This document shows positions 52,619 to 63,000 of a stretch of 64,000 bases of DNA, piece by piece; the stretch's first letter is position 1, and each line of letters opens with the position of its first letter. Source of the DNA: a virus (lineage: Duplodnaviria > Caudoviricetes). Position numbers and translations under genes: made by a program. Where the stretch lies: IMG/VR virus record IMGVR_UViG_3300031760_000035, positions 1 to 64,000 of that record; one strand, written 5' to 3'. The notes below the pieces were generated by a model. The model had not been told where the DNA came from. It was given only the letters and a program-made list of their open reading frames with translations, and did no database searches.

Positions 52619-55492
52619 TTATGATGCACTTGGCATGAGCCATGTGGTCGAGAACGTCAGCCACCTGCTTGTGGTCATCGCTACCTGCGTTCCTGAGCCG
52701 TTGCGATAGCGCGAGGCTGAGACGTTGCCGGACGGACTCACGCCTAGCAGCCAGATATCCTGATTGCTGCCCTGACATAGGACATTGATGCTATCAAGCG
52801 GCCTGTACGCGGCTGGGATGGTACCAATGGTAAGCGATCCGCCTGCCTCCACCTCCGTACTCGGCTTGACCGCACCGACGAGCTGGCACACGCAGCCCCA
52901 GCGGATGACGTGCGGGGTGTACGAGGAGCCATAAGCGAGGCAGTTGCTTCCGAGCGACAGCGCCGCGCTGACTGGCTCATACTCGATGTAGTGCCAGCTG
53001 TCCCACTCGCCACTGTCAGGGTCGTAGTGCCGCCTGCGGAGCATGCCGCTGTGGAGCAGCGTCATCTGGGTGTGCGACGGGACGGATGAGGCTGCGTACC
53101 CGCCATTGGTCGCGGTGAGAGTGAGCCAGCCGCCTGACTGGCCGATGCGGGCCATGTAGTCCTTGCCATCCGTGCGCCCGTTATTATGGAAGTCTATGAG
53201 GTTCGCCACCTCTACGTTGTCATCAACGTAGACCTTACCGCCGACCGTGCACGAGCCAGCAGCGTTCACATTGCCGTCCCAGTCCACGGTGAAGGCGTTG
53301 CTGAAGTCCACTATCGACTCCCCGTTGCCGATGATAAAGGCATAGGTGCCGTTTTGGTCGGTAGCGTTGTGCCTACCTATCACCGTTTGGTTGTCCGACA
53401 TTGCCTTCACCCACAGGCCGTGGGCGAAGGACTGCTTGCCCGCGGCCACCGCGCTGCTCCCTCCCGCATGGGAGTTCTCGCCCCTTGCCTCGGTGAAGTA
53501 CCCCTCCGCGTGGGATGCCTTGCCAGATGCCTTGGAGTTCCATCCCTCCGCGTGGGAGTCCATGCCGGATGCCGCAGTCGAACTCCCCTCCGCGTGGGAC
53601 GCGTTGCCAGATGCGTTGGCTAGTATCCCCTCCGCGTGGGAGTACGCGTTGGATGCCTTGGTCAAGCGTCCCTCTGCATGGCAGTCTGGGCCGGATGCCG
53701 CAGTCGAGTCCCCCTCGGCATGGCTACAGCCCCCAGATGCGGTGGTCCCCATACCCGTGGCGAACGACATGGCCCCGATGTTGCCCTTTCTGATTCCCAT
53801 GGTGTATGCCTTCGCGTACTCAGACTCCGTGGTGTAGGTCACCGATAGGATGCTGCCCTTAGCTGGGGCCGTGGCCATGCGTATCATGGATTCCCCAACA
53901 AGCGAGTAGGTAGCGATTGTGTCGTCCACCGTGACCGAGGTGATTGAGTGCACCGCGAGTCTGAGGTAGAAGTCAGTGGTCGTGCCGTCGCCTTCGTACT
54001 GCTCGTTTAACGTCGCCTGCCCCTGCTCGTCGCGGAGGTCGCTCACGTGGAGGTAGGTCGTGCCCTCCTTGTCGGTGAGCTGCAAGCTGTGGTAGTCGAT
54101 GATGGCATGGCTCTCCCCGTCCGCGCCAATCTGCATCGCTGGCCTGCTGACCTCGCGAAGGACGCTCGCGTACACCTCGACGTGGTAGGTGGTCCCGACC
54201 TCAAGGGCGTACTTGTACCAGTCCTCGTCGCTGTATTCGGACTCTTGGCTGCTGTCCTTGCACTGGTAGGCAAACGAGTATCGCGCGTCCGTGGGGAAGA
54301 GCGTCTGACCAGACGCGCCGAAATCGACCAGCCTTGCGTCGGTGACCTCAACGCCGTCGAGGTAGAGCTTGTAGCTGCTCACGTCAATCGGCTTGAGCTG
54401 CCTAAGCAGCTTCTCCATTGCGGACTGTTCGCGCTCGGTGCTGCCCATGGCTGGCACCGTCTTCGTCTCTGGGGAGTCGGTCATGTCGATTGCTGGCTCC
54501 CCGCCCTCATCGACTTCGGTTGGGGTCGCATTCGTCGTGAAGTCGCGCTCGTAGACCTTCACCTCGTCGCTGATGTAGTCGAGTCCGCTGACCCGCACGT
54601 AGTCCACGCCTCCGCCCGACTTGATGCGAAACGAGGTGTCATCCATCTGGGTGTGCGCGAAGCCGTCGAAGCCAATCTGCGAACCGCTCTCGCCGAAGCG
54701 CGCGTAGACGTTGCCCGAGTCATTGCCGTCACCGTCGAACATTGCGATGTCGCTGTTGTTCACGTTGTACGTCACGACAACCTCAGCGCCCCTAGCGGGT
54801 GCGGTGGAGAACGTGATGACGTTGCCTTCAAGGCTGTACGCCCGCGTTGGGCTGTTGCGGACGGTGACCGCCTTGACCCTCGTGGGGACGCTCGAAAGCT
54901 CGAACGTGACCGTAGAGCCGTTTCCGACGAACCTTTCGGTGACGGACTGCGCTGGAAGCAGGGCCAGAAGGTTGTTCGCGCCGCTCCTGAAAAGCTGCCC
55001 TATGGAGTTGATGAGCACGTTCGCACCAGTCTGCGCGCCAGCCCACTCCTCCTGAGTCACCTCGGTTACGTGAATGCCTGAGTCATCCGTCCAGAAGTGT
55101 TGGCCCACGGCGGATGCGACCCTCTGAGCCGCAGCCGCTATGCCATTGGTAATCTCGGCACTGCGCACAGCGGCCTCGACTGCTCGGCTCAGCGGCAACA
55201 CGATTGACGCGACGCCCCTGCTGCCAACGCTCGGGTCGCTGGCATTACCGACTACGGACACCTGACCGCCGCCGATCTCGTAGCGCACCGCATCGCCCTC
55301 GGTCGCCTCTGCCAGCACCGAGCCGTCTACGGGCGTCTCGAAGTCGTTGCCCGGTAGCCGCACCCACGCGGTGCCGTCATCGTCGCGACGGACGAAGGTT
55401 GCGGTTCCTGACTGGGGCTGCTTCTCGACGGACTTTCCGCTGCGGAGCCTGTCGGCGAGACGCCATGCAACAGGCACGCTTATCTTCTCCAA
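52619..55492 (-). CDS. Tail fibre / receptor-binding protein
   Basis: 957 aa; 14-aa SHAEG beta-roll repeats; C-terminal gp53/H-type-like domain; late-gene position. Confidence 0.8.
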   Translation of the reverse strand: MEKISVPVAWRLADRLRSGKSVEKQPQSGTATFVRRDDDGTAWVRLPGNDFETPVDGSVLAEATEGDAVRYEIGGGQVSVVGNASDPSVGSRGVASIVLPLSRAVEAAVRSAEITNGIAAAAQRVASAVGQHFWTDDSGIHVTEVTQEEWAGAQTGANVLINSIGQLFRSGANNLLALLPAQSVTERFVGNGSTVTFELSSVPTRVKAVTVRNSPTRAYSLEGNVITFSTAPARGAEVVVTYNVNNSDIAMFDGDGNDSGNVYARFGESGSQIGFDGFAHTQMDDTSFRIKSGGGVDYVRVSGLDYISDEVKVYERDFTTNATPTEVDEGGEPAIDMTDSPETKTVPAMGSTEREQSAMEKLLRQLKPIDVSSYKLYLDGVEVTDARLVDFGASGQTLFPTDARYSFAYQCKDSSQESEYSDEDWYKYALEVGTTYHVEVYASVLREVSRPAMQIGADGESHAIIDYHSLQLTDKEGTTYLHVSDLRDEQGQATLNEQYEGDGTTTDFYLRLAVHSITSVTVDDTIATYSLVGESMIRMATAPAKGSILSVTYTTESEYAKAYTMGIRKGNIGAMSFATGMGTTASGGCSHAEGDSTAASGPDCHAEGRLTKASNAYSHAEGILANASGNASHAEGSSTAASGMDSHAEGWNSKASGKASHAEGYFTEARGENSHAGGSSAVAAGKQSFAHGLWVKAMSDNQTVIGRHNATDQNGTYAFIIGNGESIVDFSNAFTVDWDGNVNAAGSCTVGGKVYVDDNVEVANLIDFHNNGRTDGKDYMARIGQSGGWLTLTATNGGYAASSVPSHTQMTLLHSGMLRRRHYDPDSGEWDSWHYIEYEPVSAALSLGSNCLAYGSSYTPHVIRWGCVCQLVGAVKPSTEVEAGGSLTIGTIPAAYRPLDSINVLCQGSNQDIWLLGVSPSGNVSASRYRNGSGTQVAMTTSRWLTFSTTWLMPSAS
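53395..53745 (-). repeat. 42-nt (14-aa) YadA-head-like ASGxxSHAEG repeats
   Basis: About 8-9 tandem units in the tail fibre. Confidence 0.8.
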
Positions 55493-56526
55493 AGCGCAAC
55501 CTCCCTAGCCGCTTCCTCCGTTACGCTTATGCCATACGAGCAGTCGATAGACTGCTTCAACACACGCATGTCGCCGTCGAGGCTCACTGATGGCATGGAG
55601 CCGTGGACAACCGAGTGCGGATATATGTCAGGCCACCACTTGCGCGTGTATGTCCTCTTGTCATTGGCGAGGGACATTTCCTCTAGTCGGCGGCAGCAGT
55701 ACCCGTAGAGCGTTTCGCCGTTGACGCGCACGGGGCTTCCGTCGTACTCGTCGTGCGGGTACCCCCTTGCGACCGTGCTCACCTCGCTGTCTGGGTCATC
55801 GTTGACGGCAACCTCAAGCAGCTTGTCTTGCCGCGCGTAGTATCGGTTCGGGACGCCAGTGAGGTCGTAGTCCGACGCGACGTTAGGCTCAAGGAGCCGT
55901 GCGTTCGCCCTGTCGAGGAGGAGGCCGACTGTCGTTGGCCTGTTCATGAGGTGCACGGTGCCGTCGCCGTGAATCTGCATCACGCAGTTGCATGCGTCGA
56001 GCACCATATGCACCGCATCCAGGGCAGACACACCGGCGTCGAACACGACGTTCTGCGCGAGAACGGGGTCGTTCGCGCTATCGACGTAGACGGGTGCCGC
56101 CAGGCATTGCCTGAGAAGCCTAGCGGCCTGGTCCATGCACCCAGCGCCCTGCGGAAAGTACGAGCCAGCGACCATCACGCGAACTGACGCTGGGTAGAGA
56201 ACGGAGTCGCCCTTTACGTCGTGCGACGCCCTTCCCTTGTCGTTCTCCTTGCGACTGCTCTGGCAGTACAGCGTGGCAACGTCAACTCGCTCGGCCATGC
56301 CGCCCTGCTGCGGGTAGAGCACTATGCGGTAGTAGCCTGGATCGAAGTCGGCAGTCGGTGCCGTGTCCGCCGTGAACGTGCCGGACTCCATGAGGGGGTT
56401 CGTGTCGCCGCAGTCGCGCTCGACGGTGGCCGAGGTGATGCCGCTGACAACGGGGCCGTCCGCCCACGTGCTCTCGTCAACGCGATAGACCCGCCACACG
56501 GACGAGTAGCCTCTGCCCCAGTCCAT
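55480..56526 (-). CDS. Minor tail / baseplate hub protein
   Basis: Position between large tail protein and fibre; hub-like composition. Confidence 0.65.
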   Translation of the reverse strand: MDWGRGYSSVWRVYRVDESTWADGPVVSGITSATVERDCGDTNPLMESGTFTADTAPTADFDPGYYRIVLYPQQGGMAERVDVATLYCQSSRKENDKGRASHDVKGDSVLYPASVRVMVAGSYFPQGAGCMDQAARLLRQCLAAPVYVDSANDPVLAQNVVFDAGVSALDAVHMVLDACNCVMQIHGDGTVHLMNRPTTVGLLLDRANARLLEPNVASDYDLTGVPNRYYARQDKLLEVAVNDDPDSEVSTVARGYPHDEYDGSPVRVNGETLYGYCCRRLEEMSLANDKRTYTRKWWPDIYPHSVVHGSMPSVSLDGDMRVLKQSIDCSYGISVTEEAAREVALWRR

Positions 56527-59500
56527 CAGGCCCCTTCCACGATACCCATGTACTCTTCGGCAAGCTCGACCTCAGTTGCATCGAGGGACACGCCGTAGGC
56601 GAGCGACTTGTAATCGGTCGATACGGTGTTGACCGCGACGTTCGCCATGTACGCATGCCCGTCAGCCGTGCGCACGAAGCACGCACCGGCATAGCGGGCG
56701 AGCGAGCGGACATCCTCGATGCGGTCGCGCTCCATGATCTTTATGAGGTCTGTCGTAAACCCTCCCGTGTGCATAGCACCGGCGTTCCAGAAGCCGTCTA
56801 TGCTGCCGTCCATGTACCTACGGGCCTCGAAGTCCTTTGAGTAGGAGTCAGTCGGAACGATGTTGTACGGAAGCTCGACGTACCTGCTGCCGAACTCGAT
56901 GCGCAGCGCATGGTACTTGAGCACATACGGATAGTCGTGCCATGACATGTCGCCGTCGCCAGTCCGCAGGCAGACGCGATAGGCAAGCTCGTCGCGCTTG
57001 CTGTACGGAGCGTAAGGGTCAGTGACGGTATCGCCAGCAGCGGCGTCGCTGTATATGAGGTAGATGCCATCGGTGGTCACACGGTAGACATCGAACCTGT
57101 CATCGTCATCGAAGTCGCTGCGGTCACCGATCTCGACGGTGGCGTAGAGCCTGTGGTTGCCAGCCTCATCCCACTCGTCGTGCGGCGTGACAACGGCATC
57201 GGAGTCCGTCAGTGCGGGTGCTTGCCGCGCCCACTCGACCTGGAACTCCGCGCGCATGGCTTCCGACGTGAGCCTGCTCGTACGGTTTGTGGCCGTTGCG
57301 GTGACCTCGTACGTGGCCCCGTCCCACAAGTCAAGCCCCTCCGGCAGCTCGACCGTAGCCATGTATGCGTACCCGACCGACATGTACTCTTCCAGCGCGG
57401 CCTCGGCGGCTTCCACCGAAGCAGCAACGTCCTTGTCAAGGCCGGTTGTGTCTATCGCGAGAACGAGCGTGCCATCCTTGTACGCCGTGTAGTCTGCGGC
57501 GTTGGAGAACGTGACCGTTATCGTGTCTGACTCGTCGCCGCTCCTGTCGATTGCCGTGGTCACACTGGCTGCGGAAGGCTCTGACCACTCGCCGTCAGCA
57601 TATGCGCTTGCCATAGTCGCATCGACCGTCTGGATGGACTCGCCCTTGCTTACGCTGATGACGATGCTCCCGTCCGCGTCGTTCTGCTCGATTGAATCGA
57701 ACCATGCGACATCGCCGAACCTGCCTGTGAACGACTCCATAGCAGCCGGGTCGCCGACATCCATCGCAAATCTGGTGCTCTGAACCTCGTATGCGTCCCG
57801 CGCGTCATCGATGTCCTGCTGCAACTGCTCGTACTGGTCGGTCTTGGTGGCGTCGAATGCGCTCCAAGATGGGGTCTTTACGCCACTCCAAACCGCATCG
57901 CCGTCCGTCTGGAAGTCCTCGCCCCAAGGCATGTCGCCACGGCAACCAAGCGCACGGAGAACGATTGAAAGCCTCGGTTGCTGGTCGCTGTAGAACTGGA
58001 TGTGCGCCGGTTGCGAGGTGGCTGTTCCAGCGTAGACCGCGAGCACGGGCTTGTCGGCAACGCGGGCGGTCACGGTCGCCGACTCCCTCCACGCTCCGCT
58101 GGTCTTGACGCGGACGCGGAGCTTCACCGAGTCGGACGGCCCGCCGTACTTCCGCACGAGGGTGACCAGGCTCTTTACGCCTCGTACGCCGCCAGCGCTC
58201 GCATCAGGGATCGTGAAGGCACCCTTGGCGTCCGTACCTGCGGCGACAATCCATTCGGGGTTGGTCGTTGTCTTGCCGCCCGAAGTCTTGCTGTAGGCAC
58301 CGGCTGGCACGAAAAGCTCCCACCCGGTCTGCTTGTCTGCCAGCTTCTCCTCGACGTTCTCGCGGGAGTCCGGCTGGAACGTCCAGGTCAGCGGTATCCC
58401 CTCGCCGTGCGGCGTGTAGCTCGGCGCGACGAGCGATACGGAATCTGGACGCGGCTTGGCCTTGGTGCTGGATGACGAGTCATCATCGGGGTCGGCGAGA
58501 GTCGTGCACTCCCTGATCGCGGAATAGGAGCTGTAGGTGCGGTCCTTATCGGCGAGGTCAAGGTATCTGCGCGCACGGAAGTAGTACGTCTTGTTCGGGT
58601 CGAGTCCACGCACGGTCACCACGCACTTGCCCTTGTACCTCGTGACACCACTGCGCGTGTAGGTGGACTTGTCCGTTGCCCAGGTCGCATCGAAACTGTC
58701 CGGCTGGTCAGTGCTCGTCCATGCGTCCTTGTACTCGGACCACGTAATCTCGGTCCCTGTGTTCTTGTTATCCTCGTCGTACTCGGTGGTGACAACGACA
58801 GATGTGCCGTCCTTGCCAGCCGCGCACTTGGTCACGGTGCATCCGTCGCCAGCGGCGGACGGCGACTTGGTTTCGAGCGTCTTTAGGCGCACGGGCGACG
58901 AGTAGCGGTAGAAGATGTTCTCGATCTGGTTCCAGCTCTTGAGTCGAATCCATGTGTAGGTATCGACCGCAGGGCGGACATCGGCGACCGTGCACGAGAT
59001 GGCGCAGCAGTCGCCATCGTCCTGGATGTCGAGGTCTTCCCATTCCGCGTCGGACGGGATCTGCGACTCCGACGTGTACGTGCTGCTCTTTAGCACCTGC
59101 AAGCGGACGCCGGTGACGGGATGCTGCGGTGCCTTCGAGGTCGCCTGCTGTAGGTTGACCCAGCACGTCACCTTGTCGGTGCTCGACTTGCTCGGGATGC
59201 CGACGCTTGTAATCTTCGGTATCTTCGGGTAGGACACGTAGAGCGTCCTGCTCCGCGTGTCGGAGTCGCCCCACCAGCCGCGAGTGTGCGCGTCAACGAC
59301 TATGCGCACGTAATCGTCATAGCTCAGGCCCATGCGGTCGAACACGTCGAACTCGACGCCGCCAGTGGCGGAGCGTGCAACGACGCCGTGCAGCACAGAC
59401 GTTCGCTTCTTCGGCTCGTAACGAGTGTCATAGACGGTCCTCGTCCACCAGGCGCTTTCGGCCTCGGCTCGACCCTCCCCCTTCGGGCATGTGACCTTGC

Positions 59501-60008
59501 AGCTCACGTGGCCCGTCGCGGCGTCCTGCGTAAGCGCGGTCACGGTTGGGACTCCCGGCTTCGCGGTGTCCATGACAGTCGTTGTGGCTGGACCCTTGCC
59601 CTTGCGGTTGGTGTAGCGAACCGTGCAGCGCACGCTCTTGAGGTGCCAGCCCTTGCGCCACTCGTGCGTGGCGTCGGATTTGCCTGGGTAATAGTGGTCA
59701 CGATGCCATATGGTCTTCTGCCCGCGCGCGGTGAACCAGTCGAGGTTGACCGTCGCGCTGGTCTGCGTGACGTCGTAATACCTCTGGTCTACATGCTCGA
59801 CCGACGTGTTCTTGTTGCCATGCCATTGCAGCATAAGCTCCCAGTGGATTTCCACGCCCTCGGCGCGCGCAGCGTTCTGCCGGTCGCTCACCCACGACTG
59901 GTTCTTCCACGTAACGGTAACGTCACGGGATGTTCCAGACTTGCGCTTCGGCGAACTCATGTAGGCAAGTCGCGAGGTAGGTGCCTTGGTTATCGCCTTG
60001 TCTGCCAT
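56526..60008 (-). CDS. Large minor tail protein with FN3/Ig-like domains
   Basis: VTVRGLDPNKTYYFRARRY FN3 signature; distal-tail-like C-terminus. Confidence 0.75.
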   Translation of the reverse strand: MADKAITKAPTSRLAYMSSPKRKSGTSRDVTVTWKNQSWVSDRQNAARAEGVEIHWELMLQWHGNKNTSVEHVDQRYYDVTQTSATVNLDWFTARGQKTIWHRDHYYPGKSDATHEWRKGWHLKSVRCTVRYTNRKGKGPATTTVMDTAKPGVPTVTALTQDAATGHVSCKVTCPKGEGRAEAESAWWTRTVYDTRYEPKKRTSVLHGVVARSATGGVEFDVFDRMGLSYDDYVRIVVDAHTRGWWGDSDTRSRTLYVSYPKIPKITSVGIPSKSSTDKVTCWVNLQQATSKAPQHPVTGVRLQVLKSSTYTSESQIPSDAEWEDLDIQDDGDCCAISCTVADVRPAVDTYTWIRLKSWNQIENIFYRYSSPVRLKTLETKSPSAAGDGCTVTKCAAGKDGTSVVVTTEYDEDNKNTGTEITWSEYKDAWTSTDQPDSFDATWATDKSTYTRSGVTRYKGKCVVTVRGLDPNKTYYFRARRYLDLADKDRTYSSYSAIRECTTLADPDDDSSSSTKAKPRPDSVSLVAPSYTPHGEGIPLTWTFQPDSRENVEEKLADKQTGWELFVPAGAYSKTSGGKTTTNPEWIVAAGTDAKGAFTIPDASAGGVRGVKSLVTLVRKYGGPSDSVKLRVRVKTSGAWRESATVTARVADKPVLAVYAGTATSQPAHIQFYSDQQPRLSIVLRALGCRGDMPWGEDFQTDGDAVWSGVKTPSWSAFDATKTDQYEQLQQDIDDARDAYEVQSTRFAMDVGDPAAMESFTGRFGDVAWFDSIEQNDADGSIVISVSKGESIQTVDATMASAYADGEWSEPSAASVTTAIDRSGDESDTITVTFSNAADYTAYKDGTLVLAIDTTGLDKDVAASVEAAEAALEEYMSVGYAYMATVELPEGLDLWDGATYEVTATATNRTSRLTSEAMRAEFQVEWARQAPALTDSDAVVTPHDEWDEAGNHRLYATVEIGDRSDFDDDDRFDVYRVTTDGIYLIYSDAAAGDTVTDPYAPYSKRDELAYRVCLRTGDGDMSWHDYPYVLKYHALRIEFGSRYVELPYNIVPTDSYSKDFEARRYMDGSIDGFWNAGAMHTGGFTTDLIKIMERDRIEDVRSLARYAGACFVRTADGHAYMANVAVNTVSTDYKSLAYGVSLDATEVELAEEYMGIVEGA

Positions 60009-60021
60009 GGCTACCCCCTTC

Positions 60022-63000
60022 TTAGAATCCCAGGAGCCTGAGCTTGCGTTCGATGGCGTCTGCCGTCTCGTCTGGGCCGCTCACGCCGTTGACGGTGATG
60101 GAAATGCTCGGCCCCTGCTGCTGGTCGCCCAGCTTCTTCGCGACCGCATCGGATATGTCGTTGATGTACGGCATCGAGTACTTGCGGTTCGTGAGCGGGA
60201 CGAGACTGTTGCCGCTGTACAGCTCAGCGCCGTCCTCGCCAACCCATCCGATGTTCGTCAGGGTGGGCCGCGTGAAGATGCCTGCCGCGTGCTTGGGCAT
60301 GCGGTCGTACGGGATGTACGCGCCAGTGGCAGAGCGGCCGGGCCTTATCGTCTGCGTGACAACGTTGTTGGTCGTGAGCGTGATCGTCTTCGACTTCATG
60401 TTGCTCGCCGCGTTAACGAGGTTCCAGATGCGGTCTGCCGCAGTGCTGCTGGACACAACGTTGCCGACTGCGCTGTAGGAGGCCGTCTTGTTGGACATCC
60501 CCTTCGCGGCGTTGTTTAGTGCGGCGATGTTGTTTGCAGGCGTCTTGCTTGTTGCCGCGTTGCCGCTTGCGGTGAACGAAGCCCGCGTGTCGTTCATCTT
60601 TCCAGCGCTGTCGGCGAGCGCCTTGACGTTCTTTGCCGCAGCCGAGATGCCGGTCTGCTTCGCGATGATCCTGACGGGCTTCACCTCTGGGATGGACGCA
60701 AGCGCCTCGATGACGCCGCCCGCCGCGCTCGTGTCTGCCGTGACGGTTACGTTGACCGGGCGCTCCTGCTGCACCTGTTCGAGCGTCGCGTTAAGCTCAT
60801 CGAGGGCCGACGTGTCGGTTGCGACGATGACCTTAACCTCAGTCTCGGAGGGCACGCCGTTCGTCGCTGTGCTAACGTCGCCGTCCTGCTTGGTGGTGAC
60901 CGTCTGCTCGATTGGCTCGGACTCGATCTTCTCCTTGGTTTCGGCTGCTTGCGCCTCTGCCTCGGACGTGTCTGCCGTCACGTCGATTGACGCCTCGGCG
61001 GACTCGGCCTCGCCCTTCGCCTCATCGATGCCCTCGCTGACGCCACTGCTGTCGGCCTTGAGGGTAACGGGCTTCCATTCGCCAGCACTCTCGTCCCACC
61101 GCACGTGAACGTCGTTGATGTACGCCCAACCGTTCTCGTCAAAGGTGACGTTCGCAGACTTCTCCTCGAAGTCAGTGTCGTTGTACTCTGCGATGAGCGT
61201 GACCAGCGTTCCTATGTCGCCGCCAGCCTGATCGACAAGCTGCTTGAACGCGGAGCCGGACATGTTGGCGAACTGCTCCTCGCTGACGCCAGCCCACTCT
61301 AGGCTCTGCGCGAGTCCCCTGATGCCATCGTCGCTGAGTCCCATGATGCTCTCAAGGGCCTCGTGCATGACGCGGTTCGTCTGCATGACTCCCTCGCGCA
61401 CGCCATAGCCAGAGCCGTCGAGGTATGCGCTCGCATCCGCGACGCCGCTCATCTCCTTGCTGACCATCTCAAGCTGCTCGCCGTACTCTCGATACGCCGT
61501 GCGAAGCTCGGCGAGGTCCTGCCTGCGCTTCTGGTAGCCTTCGTCGCTATCCTTGAGTGCCTTGGTGAACTGGACCTCGTTCGTATACGCGCCGCTCTCC
61601 TTGGCTGCGTCGCGCTTCATGTCCACATAGTCGCTCAGGGCCTTCCTTGCCTGATCGACTGCCAGCTTGGATTCCATCTGGCCCTTGTACGTCTCTGAGT
61701 AGATGTCCTCAAGCGCGTTGAGCTTGGCTTCGCGCTTCTTGGACTCAATGAGCTTGTCGATGGCGTCCTTGAGGTCGATGGCGTTGCCCTCGGCGTCCTT
61801 GTAGGAGCCAGCGAGAACGTCGTTTATGTCGTACGTCTCGCCAGTTATCTCGGCCAGTCCGTCGAGCGCCCATTGAAGCTCACCGACGCTGCCCGTGAAC
61901 TTGTCGCCCTTGCCAACCGCGTTGTCGATGACCTCCTGGTACTTGCTGAGCATGCCAAGGGACTCGTTCATGCTGTCGCGGGTGCTCTGGTTTGCTTCGG
62001 TGTGATTCTTCACCGTGTCAAGGTACTCGTCCATCTTGACACGTGCGGCTGACCACTCATCGCCGTAGCCCTTGATGTCCTTCGAGCTTGTAGCGAGGTC
62101 GCGGCCAAGGTCCTTCGTCGCGCTCTGAATGCCAAGCAGGGCTTCCGTGTAGTCATCGGAGTGCTTCTTGGCCTCCATCATGTTGGAGACGTAGTAGCCG
62201 CCGACAAGAGCCGCCAGTGCGCCGAGTGCTGTGACAGTCGCGCCGACTGGCGTGAGCATGAACGACAGCGCGGCACCGAAGCCGGACACACCGCCCTCTG
62301 CCGTGGCGAACGCCTCGCCGAGCGTCGCGACATCGCCATTGGCAAGCAGGCTAAAGGCTGCGCCGAGGTCGCCGATGCCGTTCTTCACGTTAACGAACGT
62401 CTTTACCGCGCCGCCGACGCTGCCCGTAATCATCGTCTTGAAGTTGCCACCGAACGCGGTCATAATCGGCTGCGCCACGGCGAATGCCGCGAACAGGCCA
62501 CCGACTCCGACAGCAAGGCTTCTCGTGTCATCATCGAGACTGTTTACGAATCCAGTGAGGGCATTGAGCGCGGCAGCGCCCGCGTCAAGGTACGGCACCA
62601 GTGCTGGGCCGAACGACGCCGCGAGCACCTGCGCGGAGTTCTCCAACTTTGCGAGCGAGCCGGAGAAGCCTTTTGCCTTGCGCTCGGCCTCCTCTGCCGC
62701 TGCGCCGATTCCGCTTGTGCCGTCGATGAAGCCGTCCCATGCGCCCTGCGAGATGTCGATCGCCTTATCGACGTTCTCGACGGTGCTGGAAAGGCCGAGT
62801 AGGGTCTGCGTGATTCGCACGCCCTCGATGCCAAGGTCCTCAAGGCGTCCAAGGGAGTCCTCGCCAAGCTCATCGATGCCGCCGATGAACGCACGAAGCG
62901 CGTCTGTCGGGCGGTCGCGCCAAGACGCCGCGAACTCCTCGGCGCTCATGTGCGCCGTGCTTGCGAACAGCTCAAGGTCATCGCCGCCAGAGCTTACGGC

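Noticed and set aside
52619-55492. Diversity-generating retroelement acting on the tail fibre
   Set aside because: No reverse transcriptase and no TR/VR pair differing at adenines; the repeats are ordinary 14-aa beta-roll units.
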